From NCBI GenBank assembly GCA_052426225.1, contig JBNJNM010000015.1:186001-250000 (forward strand): a DNA stretch of 64,000 nucleotides, written 5' to 3'. This DNA comes from Zancudomyces culisetae HAW-14-8. Its lineage: Eukaryota > Fungi > Kickxellomycota. Shown one piece after another: positions 38,675 to 48,569 of the stretch. Position 1 is the stretch's first letter; each line of letters begins with the position of its first letter. The translations under genes were made by a program, and so were the position numbers. The notes under the pieces are model-generated. The model had not been told where the DNA came from, searched no databases, and was given only the letters and a program-made list of their open reading frames with translations.

Positions 38675-41600
38675 CTAATCGAAACCCCAACCAAAGATTT
38701 TCATATCAAATGGCCATTTCCCTTGTTTAAGTTTGCTCACTTGAGTTCGGAAGTAGTCAATCAAATTTTTATCATTTGGATTATCAACAAGCTCCGCGAT
38801 AAACTCAATAAACTCACTTGTGTCAACACCATGTTTAATCAACAGCTTGATCATTTGTACGTTGTAATGACCGTATGCTTCTTTTAACCCATAATTCTGG
38901 TTTAGTACCAAATTTGGATCTTTTTTCAACAAGAGTTTCAACATTTCCAGGTTGTTTTTTCTACAAGCCTGAATCACTCCGCTATTATACCCACTTTTTA
39001 TCACTGTTCCCTTTTCAAACAATAGTTTCAGAATCTTTATATTGTTACTCTTACATGCACCGAGCGCGTAATTATATTCGTTGTCATTTAAAGAGACGGT
39101 ATCTTTTAAAAGTAACCTAACTGCTTCGAATTTGTTGTTCTCAATAGCAGTTTGAAGCAATTCGGCAGATTCACCAATATAAGAACAGTAAAAAAGGAGC
39201 AGTTGCAATATTTTGACATAATCTAGAGCTACGTTCTTTAAATGAGGCGAATCTCTTTCTACCTTTGCATCATGGTACAATAACAATCTGATAATTTCAA
39301 CGTTCTTTGTTCCAAGTGCTATATCTATGATTTCTGTGTTATCTTTGACATTAAACCCATTCTTCAAAAACAATTCTACCATCTCGACATCTTCATTTAT
39401 TATCACTGGTTCCAGTATTTTAGGATCTCTACTGAAATCGATTTTGTACGTTAATAATATTTTCAGTATTCCAATGTTATTCGTTTTAATTGCAGTTTTT
39501 ACTCCATCCAATAAATCGGTGTTCTGGATTGGTTTACCTCTTAAGTAAAATTTTGACAATCTTGTATTCTTCAAAACATGTAAAGTTTTCATTATCAAAA
39601 CAAGAAACACCTTTTACTTTTTTCTCCTTTTTTGCGTTTTTGTTGAATCTTCTCTCCAATAACCCCAAAAAAAACATAATACTCAAGAATTACTTTTATC
39701 AGCTCCGTATCTTTTTTCATATATGCGTACTCCAATTGGTACTCACAAATATTTCCCACCGCAGCATTATTATCCAAGAGATATTTCAGCGTCCTTTTGA
39801 GACCCAATCTACATGCGATTCTTACTCCATTACATTCCGGATCACTCAAATCAATTCCATTTTCCACCAATAGTTTAACCACTTTAAAATTACCTAGTAA
39901 ACACGACATGTTAATGCAAGGATATTCTGAATTCTTGGGTATCACACCGCCATTTTTTATCCAATGTTCCAACACCTCAGTTTTATCTGATTTACAAGCC
40001 TCTTCAAACCCATCTGACTCTCCGTTTAACTTTGCACCTTTACTGATAAAGTAATCAATCCATTTGATGTTACCCGCTTTGTATGCTGTTCTCAAAACTA
40101 GGCTACCAGTTGAATTAATGTCTGCTCCATCTTCTATCAGGAGTTTTAGAATCTCAAAGTTTCTGTTAACCAATTCTGACTTCACTAGCTCGTAATGCCC
40201 ATCATTCAACCCTTTATCCTGATTTTTGTACTTTGTATTGTTGGACACATTGTAATCAGTATCATTGAATATGCGTTGCGAATTATTTTCAATAATATGA
40301 CCTATAATCTCAACAACTATATAATAATCATTTCTTATAACATGCTCTGGTATTATGAAACTGGTACGCTCCGCAAAATATGAAAAAATGTTATCAGTGA
40401 TGTCTTTTCTTTTTGAATTGATTATCACCATTAACTTTTCGTATAAATCCTGATGTTTAAAAAAATCCTCAAATTCGAAACGATTGATTTCATAAGGAGC
40501 AAAATAATGTAGATTTGTCCCAATAAGACATAGAATTGTTTTGTTAAACTTCACTTTCTTTTCAACTTAGATCCTTTTTTTTGAAAATTTAGATTTAGAT
40601 TCAGTTTTATGATTATAAAAAAGCGCTATTAGTCGTTCTCCTATTTCGTAATTTTTAATGCTACACAACTTTTCAATAACATCCTGAACTGTTGGACCAA
40701 ATGGTATACCATTTTCTAATAACAACCGTAACATATCCATTTTAATATTTTTTTTTGCAGCTTTTATTTTCGCAAATTCCGACGCTTTTAAATTCACTCC
40801 AGCTTCGATAAGTAGTTTGACAATCTCGACATCCCCACTTTCCACTGCTTCCTCTAAACATGAAATACTCACAGTCTTTGGATACCTATTAAGAACATCT
40901 TTTGCTAGATTGTAGTCGTTATTCTTTATGGCCGTTTTCAATGCATACTCATCTAGGTCCCCCTTTGGATCATTGTTTTGGTTTAATAGAAGTCTTATAA
41001 GCTCGACATTACCATACCTGTGCGCCAACTCTGTCACTTTTCTGATATTTTTAGAGTTTAACTCGACTTTAAAAATGTATTTCTCCACTAAATCCGTTTT
41101 TTCATGAAATATAGCTGCATCTAACAATATCTGCTGGCATTTGATATCGGAGTAGTTATCTTCGAGGAATTTTACCAGTTCTTTCCTATCCCAATAAATT
41201 GAATAGAATGAAAATAGAATTTAGATCAGCTGTTCAATTTTAGAGCCATATTCATATTTCTCAAGAAAATCAACAGGTATCCTTGATATTTGAACACTAA
41301 AATCCTTTACGTGTGATTTCAACTCTTTAAAAGTGAACTTTGTGTTGATCTTTAAATATAAAACCCGTTTCAGCAATTCAAGGTTGTTCATTCAGCAGAT
41401 TATATATACAAAACTAAATATGTAACAGACAATAGCCTTGCTATCAACTAATTCAACATTCATCTCATCGAAACCTGTTAACTCTACAGGAATCTCAATT
41501 TTACTATTGCAGATATCTATTAACATTCCAAATTCCTCTTTTTTCAAAATTGTATCCGTATTGTAAATTGTATCGTATCGCCCCCATATTATTGAGTATA

Positions 41601-42144
41601 TCTTACTTGTAGCAATTAGTGGTTTTATATAAAGATGTTCAGATATACTGATATTTATATGCTCTATTAGCAATTCGTCCTTTTCCGAGAACAAATCATC
41701 AATGTCAATATCCAAATATTCACCTTTGTCCATAAATAAAGTATCCTTGTACACGATCTTTGAATTATTTTTATCAATCACTACATACATCTTGAACAAT
41801 CTGATTAATATGCTCCTCCATTTGTACTTGATTGCCATATCTAGAGCTGTTTCGTATCTTAGGCTCTTGATTTTCCTCAAAACCAACATTCCAATGTCTT
41901 CGTTCATACGTATTCTTGTGTATTTTTCAAAGATAAATCTCAACCTACACTGGAAATCGGCTTCTGTTTTTTATAAGACATATTTAATAATGTACTTGCT
42001 AATATTTTCCACTTTTTGAGAGGCTTTGTACATGTTTTTGTTCAAAAGTGAGAAATGGGAGTTCTGGGCAAGTACAAATATGGTTGACAAAATACTGACT
42101 GGGAGTTTGCTAAAAAGACTAATGCCGTTGTATTCGAAGCTCAT
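38675..42144 (-). pseudogene. F-box-like + multi-ankyrin-repeat protein, disrupted
   Basis: ATG at 42144 gives LFSKLPVSILSTIFVLAQN (F-box-like); in-frame TAA at 41971-41973. Further fragments (41392..41943, 40567..41127, 39595..40554, 38675..39610) follow, with many ankyrin repeats in the last three (AVESGDVEIVKLLIEAGVN, GNFKVVKLLVENGID, ACRKNNLEMLKLLL). Confidence 0.85.
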
Positions 42145-42798
42145 TGTGTTGTAAGTTGCATTATTCTTAATCCTTCTCTAACTTTGTAAGAGTAGTAAAA
42201 TAAACAAAATGGTTAAGCCCCGAATTGCAAAATCTTGGTTTAATACTATTTTGCTGATTTTTTAGATTTATTTTTTCAGTAAACTACACCAATTAAAGTG
42301 GTCATTTTATTCGTTGATTGAAAATATGAATATTGTGTTTCAAGTAATAGGATGCTACCAGGATTAACCACATCAAACCAGGAAAATTGATCCAATTCCA
42401 GTCCAATTATTTAAACTTTTTTGTGAGTTAAAAGATGAATTTGCCAATGGATCAAAAGGTCACATCAGATTGACAACATAAATTCGTTCAAGTTCCATTA
42501 TCTTTCACCAAGATCAAACTGGCCATTCCATCTGTCATAATTGTTAGTATATTTATTGGAGTATTCGAAATAGGGTTGTATATTAGGATCAGTAACATAA
42601 CATATACTTTGAGCTTAGATGTATTTAGTAGATTGTTGAGTAGTGTGAATAAGTTGTAGTATTATACTTGAATCAATCAGTGCACATTCAACCAATTTAT
42701 TAAATATATACTAACAAGTCAAATATAATTCTGTTCAACAGCCAAACTATACTCTAGATGATGTTCGTCGATTAAATGTTGTGTATTATGCTTCATTG

Positions 42799-43084
42799 GC
42801 CAGATACAATTATGTGTTACCAAATCTTTATTTAATTTCGAAATCTTTCCTAGATACTAAATACTTTAACCCCAAAAAATTTTTCAAATGTTCCAAAATG
42901 TTCGAAATTTCGTAATCTGAAATTGAAAACTCAAGAATATTCTAGAGAGTTCGAATTCAGTACTAAAATTTCTTTGAAAATGTAGGGGTTAAAAGTATGA
43001 AAAAATTTTCTTAAAACAAAACAAAATGAAAATAAAAGTATATAAACCGTCTGTTTTTCCAGTTTTCTTGAGTTCCTTACCATC
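42799..43084 (+). repeat. DIRS left inverted terminal repeat (unique left extension 42784..42798)
   Basis: Reverse complement of 46949..47234 with one mismatch seen. Confidence 0.95.
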
Positions 43085-43148
43085 TTTTCTTTCGCTAGGT
43101 ACACAACCAGCATTTATATACATATAATAAATATAAATAAAGTCAATC

Positions 43149-43985
43149 ATGAATAATGCAAACATTTCGCAAGAAATGCTTCAGGAAATCCTCAACAGAC
43201 TTACTGTTCTGGAGGAATCAGGTTCACAGCAACAGGCAGCATCAGTCCCAGAGTCAGTGGATATGGATCCGCCAGTTTCTCATATCACAGAAAGGCCACA
43301 GCCCGCCGACATGGAGCTTTACAAAGAGCTCCAAGAAGCTCTTCCAACCGTTACGGAAGACTTCTTCAAGTCCCCTCTGTCCGACATCAATCGGAAGAAG
43401 TTTTTTGCCGCCGTCCCCAGAAACTCCGCCATGGACTATGACCCTCCCGCGGTCAATGTCAAGTTGTCCAGCTCTGCCAAACGCACCGACGCCGCCATGT
43501 ATGATGCGCAGTACAGGTTATCGGCAATCACCAGGCCGATTGACTTCTTTGTGCATGAGTGCATTCAGGGTGGCAGCCAAGTGCCAGTCTCCAAGGTTAT
43601 TGAGTTTGCCAACTCAATCAGGATTCTCTTGGCTGATGCGGCAACGCACCTCAGCCAGTGCAGAATCAATCAGGCATACAGAGATGCGGGTGTTGAAACC
43701 GACACGCCGCAACTCTATCCAGAAACCAAGAAGTCCCTTGTCGACACAAGCCAGATTGTCGAAGCAAAGGCCAGCCAGCAAGCGGCCCAGAGGGCACTCA
43801 AGAGCTACCAGCCACGCAGGCCCAGATACACCGGTCAGAGAGCATTTCCAAGCCTCATGGGAATGCAGCAAGGCCAGCAACCACAGATCCAAGAGCCACA
43901 GCAGGTCCAGGAGCAGAGGCAGCCCCGTTTCAATGCTCCTAAGAATAATTTTCGGGGTGGCAGCAGCATCAGACCCCGAAAGTAG
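43149..43985 (+). CDS. DIRS gag-like ORF1, 278 aa
   Basis: First ORF after the left repeat; PRN..MDYDPP and YDAQYRLSAITRPIDFFVH resemble fungal DIRS gag. Confidence 0.85.
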   Translation: MNNANISQEMLQEILNRLTVLEESGSQQQAASVPESVDMDPPVSHITERPQPADMELYKELQEALPTVTEDFFKSPLSDINRKKFFAAVPRNSAMDYDPPAVNVKLSSSAKRTDAAMYDAQYRLSAITRPIDFFVHECIQGGSQVPVSKVIEFANSIRILLADAATHLSQCRINQAYRDAGVETDTPQLYPETKKSLVDTSQIVEAKASQQAAQRALKSYQPRRPRYTGQRAFPSLMGMQQGQQPQIQEPQQVQEQRQPRFNAPKNNFRGGSSIRPRK

Positions 43986-46827
43986 GGGGCAGACTGAAGC
44001 TCTTCCAGGAGGCATGGAAGAAGCTTACCGATCACCAGTGGGTACTCCAGGTGATCAAGGAAGGGTTTCGTATCCCCTTCAATGCGCATCCTCCCACGGT
44101 CAAGCAGCCAAAGCCGTGCGTGAAGGACTTAAAGAAACTTCCGGAAAAGGTCGTCGAGCAGGAGATTACAAGTCTCCTCTCCAAAAAAGCTATAGAGGAA
44201 GTTTCAGCAGCGCAGCCAGGATTCTTCTCAAGGACATTCACCGTCCCAAAGAAGAATGGAGGAACACGGATGGTCCTCAACCTGAGACCTTTAAACCAGT
44301 ACATCCCCGAGCAGCATTTCAAGATGGAATCACTCAACACCATCTCACGAATGTTGCGAAAGGGCGACTGGATGACAAGCATCGATCTCAGCGATGCTTT
44401 CTTGCACGTGCTCATCAACAAGGCGTCAAGAAAATATCTCAGGTTCACGTGGGGCCATCGCATCTACCAGTACAGGGTACTGCCATTTGGTCTGTCCTTA
44501 AGCCCGCTAGTATTCACCAAAATACTAAAGCCAGTTCTCAAGTGGGCCAGAGCTCGAGGGATCCGAATCTCGAGCTACTTGGACGATTTGCTGGTCTTGG
44601 GATCAACCAAAAGCGAGTGTACCAAGTACACTGCGATGGTTGCAAACAAGCTAGCCAAGCTAGGGTTCATTATAAACAACGAGAAGTCGTCAATGAACCC
44701 CAAGCAGTCAATCAGCCATTTGGGTATGGACATCAACACCCGCCAAATGAGCTTCAGGATTCCCAAGCAGAAACTCAGGGATCTCACGCGAGAGGCATCC
44801 AAACTGATCAGGAATGGGAAGACGACGCTGAGATGCTTAGCATCTTTCATTGGCAAGACACAGGCAGTGAACATCGCTCTCCGTCCAGGCAGACTCATGA
44901 GCAGGAGGCTTTTGGAGCTCAAGAATGCCACCCTGCGGACCACGCGGGATTGGAGCACAGAAGTATCTTTGGATCAGCCAGCTCTAGACAACCTGATCTG
45001 GTGGAGAGATCATCTGAAGGAATGGAACGGCCTGAGCTTCCTCCCAGAGATTCCGGAAGTGGAAGTCTACACAGACGCGAGCGACTTCCATTGGGGGATA
45101 GTTATTGGTCAGAGCCAGTACTCAGGAATATGGACCAAAGCACAGTCCAAGCTCCCGATCAACGCCAAGGAGCTACTAGCCATATACAAGGCTATCAAGA
45201 TGCCCCAGGTAAAGGGCAGGAGTGTGGTTGTATACTGCGACAACAACACCTCCATCAGCTATGTCAAGAAACAGGGAGGGACCAGATCACCCAACCTGCT
45301 AAACATATCGGAACTGATGTGGAAACACTGCATCAGCAACGGGACCAGGGTACAGATCCAGTACGTACCATCCATTGTGAATCCGGCAGACGCCCCATCC
45401 CGGCTTACTTTGCAGACCGAATGGTCGATATCGGAAAGAGTGTTTCAAAGGATTCAAAAATACTTTGGTCCTCACGATATCGACATGTTTGCGAGCAGCA
45501 CCAATCACAAACTGAACACATTTGTGAGTTGGAAATACTGCCCCCAAGCAGTCAGGATCAACGCCTTCAACCACAGTTGGACAGTGTGGAAGAATCCATA
45601 CATGTGTCCACCGTGGAATCTGATCCAGCGTACCATCCAGAAGATCCGTCAGGAGAGAATCACGGCGACTCTGATCACGCCGTTCTGGAGATCAGCCCCG
45701 TGGTATCCGGACCTAAAGAGCCTGTCAATTGCACCGCCAATCAAGATTCATCCGTCAGCAGTTATCCCAGACCCGAGAAGCGGAAAAGCAGCGACAATGC
45801 GCAACAAGACATGGTCACTTACGGCTTGGCGGTTAAGCGCGCAAGGTATCAGGAAGCAGGATTAGATGACCAGGTCATCAATTTGATGCTCGACAACACT
45901 CGAGTTAAGACCAAGCAGAAGAAATATCTGAGCCCGAAGACCAAGTTCCTACAGTGGCTTTCTACATCTTCAATCTCCATAGAAAACGTAACAGTCGTTG
46001 ACGTTATCAACTATCTGGAGCAGCAGCGGAAGGCGCTAAACTGGAGACTCGGAACAGTCAAGAACTACAAGTCCGCCATTCTTGACATAACCAGTGATTG
46101 GGCTTCTTTCAGTGACGATCCACTAATGAAAGAGTATCTCAAACAACTATCTTCATCAAACGTCAGATCCTTTGACAATCCGCTTTACGACATCGGTCCA
46201 ATCATTGACCACATCAGGAAACTTGGGCCTAACTCCAGAATGTCAAAGTATGACTTGACAGCAAAACTATGCTGGCTCATAGCCATCTGTGGCTTTCTCA
46301 GGCCAAGCGACATTGAGAGGATTGACGACAGCAAGACGTCAGTGACAAGAGAATACATCAAGTTTATTATTGTTGGACCAAAGGAGAAACGCAATGGAAC
46401 TCCAATTGAAAAAGTTTCTATAATCCATGCACACTCTGACAAAAAATTATGTCCGGTTGAAACTTATCAGGTTTACAAAAAGCGGATTGCGGTTACACCT
46501 TGCGTAAAACCACATCCTTTGCTCGACGGAAACTCAATATCCTATCTCATCAGGAGTCTCAAGGACCACAGTACTAACATTGGAGCACAGCGTATCAGCA
46601 AGCACATTAACAAACTTATGTCGCTTATACCATTACCGCCAAACGCTAAAGTACCAAAAGCAAGAGCACTTGGATCAACTCGTGCTACTTCATCAGGTGC
46701 AACATATGATGATGTTATTACCCAAGGATTTTGGGCAAGCAGAGGAATATTTGATACATACTATCAGTTATCACGTAGAACAAGAGAAAATTTGACTCTA
46801 CACGTATTAAACTCTGAAGCAACATAA
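43156..46827 (+). CDS. DIRS tyrosine recombinase ORF (YR domain in the last ~330 aa; N-terminal ~900 codons overlap gag and pol)
   Basis: GFLRPSDI, PKEKR, LCPVETY, PKARALGST and GFWASRGIFDTYYQ. Confidence 0.92.
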   Translation: MQTFRKKCFRKSSTDLLFWRNQVHSNRQHQSQSQWIWIRQFLISQKGHSPPTWSFTKSSKKLFQPLRKTSSSPLCPTSIGRSFLPPSPETPPWTMTLPRSMSSCPALPNAPTPPCMMRSTGYRQSPGRLTSLCMSAFRVAAKCQSPRLLSLPTQSGFSWLMRQRTSASAESIRHTEMRVLKPTRRNSIQKPRSPLSTQARLSKQRPASKRPRGHSRATSHAGPDTPVREHFQASWECSKASNHRSKSHSRSRSRGSPVSMLLRIIFGVAAASDPESRGQTEALPGGMEEAYRSPVGTPGDQGRVSYPLQCASSHGQAAKAVREGLKETSGKGRRAGDYKSPLQKSYRGSFSSAARILLKDIHRPKEEWRNTDGPQPETFKPVHPRAAFQDGITQHHLTNVAKGRLDDKHRSQRCFLARAHQQGVKKISQVHVGPSHLPVQGTAIWSVLKPASIHQNTKASSQVGQSSRDPNLELLGRFAGLGINQKRVYQVHCDGCKQASQARVHYKQREVVNEPQAVNQPFGYGHQHPPNELQDSQAETQGSHARGIQTDQEWEDDAEMLSIFHWQDTGSEHRSPSRQTHEQEAFGAQECHPADHAGLEHRSIFGSASSRQPDLVERSSEGMERPELPPRDSGSGSLHRRERLPLGDSYWSEPVLRNMDQSTVQAPDQRQGATSHIQGYQDAPGKGQECGCILRQQHLHQLCQETGRDQITQPAKHIGTDVETLHQQRDQGTDPVRTIHCESGRRPIPAYFADRMVDIGKSVSKDSKILWSSRYRHVCEQHQSQTEHICELEILPPSSQDQRLQPQLDSVEESIHVSTVESDPAYHPEDPSGENHGDSDHAVLEISPVVSGPKEPVNCTANQDSSVSSYPRPEKRKSSDNAQQDMVTYGLAVKRARYQEAGLDDQVINLMLDNTRVKTKQKKYLSPKTKFLQWLSTSSISIENVTVVDVINYLEQQRKALNWRLGTVKNYKSAILDITSDWASFSDDPLMKEYLKQLSSSNVRSFDNPLYDIGPIIDHIRKLGPNSRMSKYDLTAKLCWLIAICGFLRPSDIERIDDSKTSVTREYIKFIIVGPKEKRNGTPIEKVSIIHAHSDKKLCPVETYQVYKKRIAVTPCVKPHPLLDGNSISYLIRSLKDHSTNIGAQRISKHINKLMSLIPLPPNAKVPKARALGSTRATSSGATYDDVITQGFWASRGIFDTYYQLSRRTRENLTLHVLNSEAT
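43949..45865 (+). CDS. DIRS pol: reverse transcriptase, RNase H and Dam-like methyltransferase domain; no ATG before the RT core
   Basis: VGGRLKLFQEAW upstream of the track start, IDLSDAF, LPFGLSLSP, YLDD, YTDAS, INAKELLA, YCDN, NPADAPSR, DMFAS and YMCPPW. Confidence 0.93.
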   Translation, partial: FSGWQQHQTPKVGGRLKLFQEAWKKLTDHQWVLQVIKEGFRIPFNAHPPTVKQPKPCVKDLKKLPEKVVEQEITSLLSKKAIEEVSAAQPGFFSRTFTVPKKNGGTRMVLNLRPLNQYIPEQHFKMESLNTISRMLRKGDWMTSIDLSDAFLHVLINKASRKYLRFTWGHRIYQYRVLPFGLSLSPLVFTKILKPVLKWARARGIRISSYLDDLLVLGSTKSECTKYTAMVANKLAKLGFIINNEKSSMNPKQSISHLGMDINTRQMSFRIPKQKLRDLTREASKLIRNGKTTLRCLASFIGKTQAVNIALRPGRLMSRRLLELKNATLRTTRDWSTEVSLDQPALDNLIWWRDHLKEWNGLSFLPEIPEVEVYTDASDFHWGIVIGQSQYSGIWTKAQSKLPINAKELLAIYKAIKMPQVKGRSVVVYCDNNTSISYVKKQGGTRSPNLLNISELMWKHCISNGTRVQIQYVPSIVNPADAPSRLTLQTEWSISERVFQRIQKYFGPHDIDMFASSTNHKLNTFVSWKYCPQAVRINAFNHSWTVWKNPYMCPPWNLIQRTIQKIRQERITATLITPFWRSAPWYPDLKSLSIAPPIKIHPSAVIPDPRSGKAATMRNKTWSLTAWRLSAQGIRKQD

Positions 46828-46916
46828 TTGTATCTGGCCAATGAAGCATAATAATAAGTTTAGTTGAATATAATGAAAACTTATTATTATTATGCGAATG
46901 CCAGATACAATTATGT
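46822..46916 (+). repeat. DIRS internal complementary region (ICR)
   Basis: The first part is the reverse complement of 42784..42815 and the second part is the reverse complement of ~47218..47276. Confidence 0.93.
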
Positions 46917-46948
46917 CCCACCCAGTCCCGCCCTAACCTAGCTCAACC

Positions 46949-47234
46949 GATGGTAAGGAACTCAAGAAAACTGGAAAAACAGACGGTTTATATACTTTTA
47001 TTTTCATTTTGTTTTGTTTTAAGAAAATTTTTTCATACTTTTAACCCCTACATTTTCAAAGAAATTTTAGTACTGAATTCGAACTCTCTAGAATATTCTT
47101 GAGTTTTCAATTTCAGATTACGAAATTTCGAACATTTTGGAACATTTGAAAAATTTTTTGGGGTTAAAGTATTTATTATCTAGGAAAGATTTCGAAATTA
47201 AATAAAGATTTGGTAACACATAATTGTATCTGGC
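46949..47234 (-). repeat. DIRS right inverted terminal repeat (right extension 47235..47276)
   Basis: Reverse complement of 42799..43084. Confidence 0.95.
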
Positions 47235-47466
47235 ATTCGCATAATAATAATAAGTTTTCATTATATTCAACTAAACATATTATTATTATATCACTAGCTA
47301 AATGGATATAACCGAATTATAAAATAGTACAAAAATAAATTGCAAATTTGAGAATAAACTTGCCAGTTAATAAGTTGACTGAAATATCTATATTACACAG
47401 ATATCCATATATTTTAGTTGTGGGTATACCCTATTACTCATTTTTTCGAGATTGCTGTCCACTTTA

Positions 47467-47615
47467 TTTTTTTCGGTAGAAAAAAAATTTATTTAGAAAA
47501 TAAACAGTTCCTAAAAAAAATAAAAACAATCTATAATCTAAATTCATCATATTCCCCTTCGACTCTCTAGAGTCTTCGTACTCGATAAGCATTGGTTCAA
47601 GGGGAGTGGGACTAC
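47467..47615 (-). mobile_element. 5'-truncated LINE family A copy (~150 bp, diverged)
   Basis: T-run followed by cggtagaaaaaaaatttatttag...ggggagtgggactac, matching ~58114..58262 with several substitutions. Confidence 0.9.
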
Positions 47616-48569
47616 GTCAATGCCATGAATATGTCATCATAAGATTTTGAATTAGTATTACAACAATGATGTTCAAAAAATTTATTTAAGTGGAACCTTT
47701 TGTTTGTTTAATAGCTATTTACTTGTAATATTACTAACTCAAACTCAAAATTATAATATAATACATTTATTATTACAGAATTACCAAGTTACAAATATTA
47801 GATTGCTTATTTAGTTGGTATTAACAAGTTATATATAAAGTAATATTATTCTGAATAAAATACCAATTTCGAGCAAACTAATATTACCTAGTGTCAGTTT
47901 TTTCAACTTCACTATGGTATCTATTTATATTCAGCCTCACAGACTTCTCATGCAAGTCGATTGCCTGCAGGCATAGTATTCTTGAATTTCATTCGATAAA
48001 AGATAATCAAATCCATATCTTTTATTTTTTATTGAACATATATTGTAGGAATGATCAGGTTTATTTTTTTAATTTTTCTGATTTTTACTTATTCCATTTT
48101 TCAAAGCACTAGTTTATTTTCTAAAAAAATTTAGATTAGCAAACATATCTTAAAATCACCAGTTTTTGTTCTTTTGAAGCAAGATGTATTGTATTGTTTG
48201 ATATTTTTTACAAGTAAATATTATTCTGTTTTTGTGGCGGTTAAATTTTCGTTTTATCAGTTTCAACTGCTTTTGTAATTAGTGAAGGATTTATATCTAG
48301 TAACATTGTTACCCTTTTATCAACAAATATTTTTTGTAGTTTATAGATATCAAAAAAATACTTAATTAAATTAAAGTAAAGCTTGATACATTGTTCATTA
48401 CGCACTATTATTTTTACCGTTTCTTTTTTTTCCACATTTTTTTTCTTTTCTCTTCTTTGCTTTGCATTATTCTCATATTTTTTTTCTAGAGATTGAAATC
48501 ACATTGATTACCCTTAATTTAAATAACTGTTGATCAAAGTAATAAAACAATATGCAATGCACTACAATA

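Larger units (their letters stand above)
42784..47276 (+). mobile_element. intact DIRS1-type tyrosine recombinase retrotransposon
   Basis: gag, RT/RNaseH/methyltransferase and YR ORFs, 286-bp inverted terminal repeats, and an internal complementary region matching both termini. Confidence 0.96.

Noticed and set aside
43614-46442. Antisense ORFs inside the DIRS element
   Set aside because: Short shadows expected in GC-richer, stop-depleted dual-coding sequence.
47830-48460. Possible decayed ORF1-like remnant between the DIRS element and the P450
   Set aside because: Fragmentary frames; similarity could not be shown by eye.
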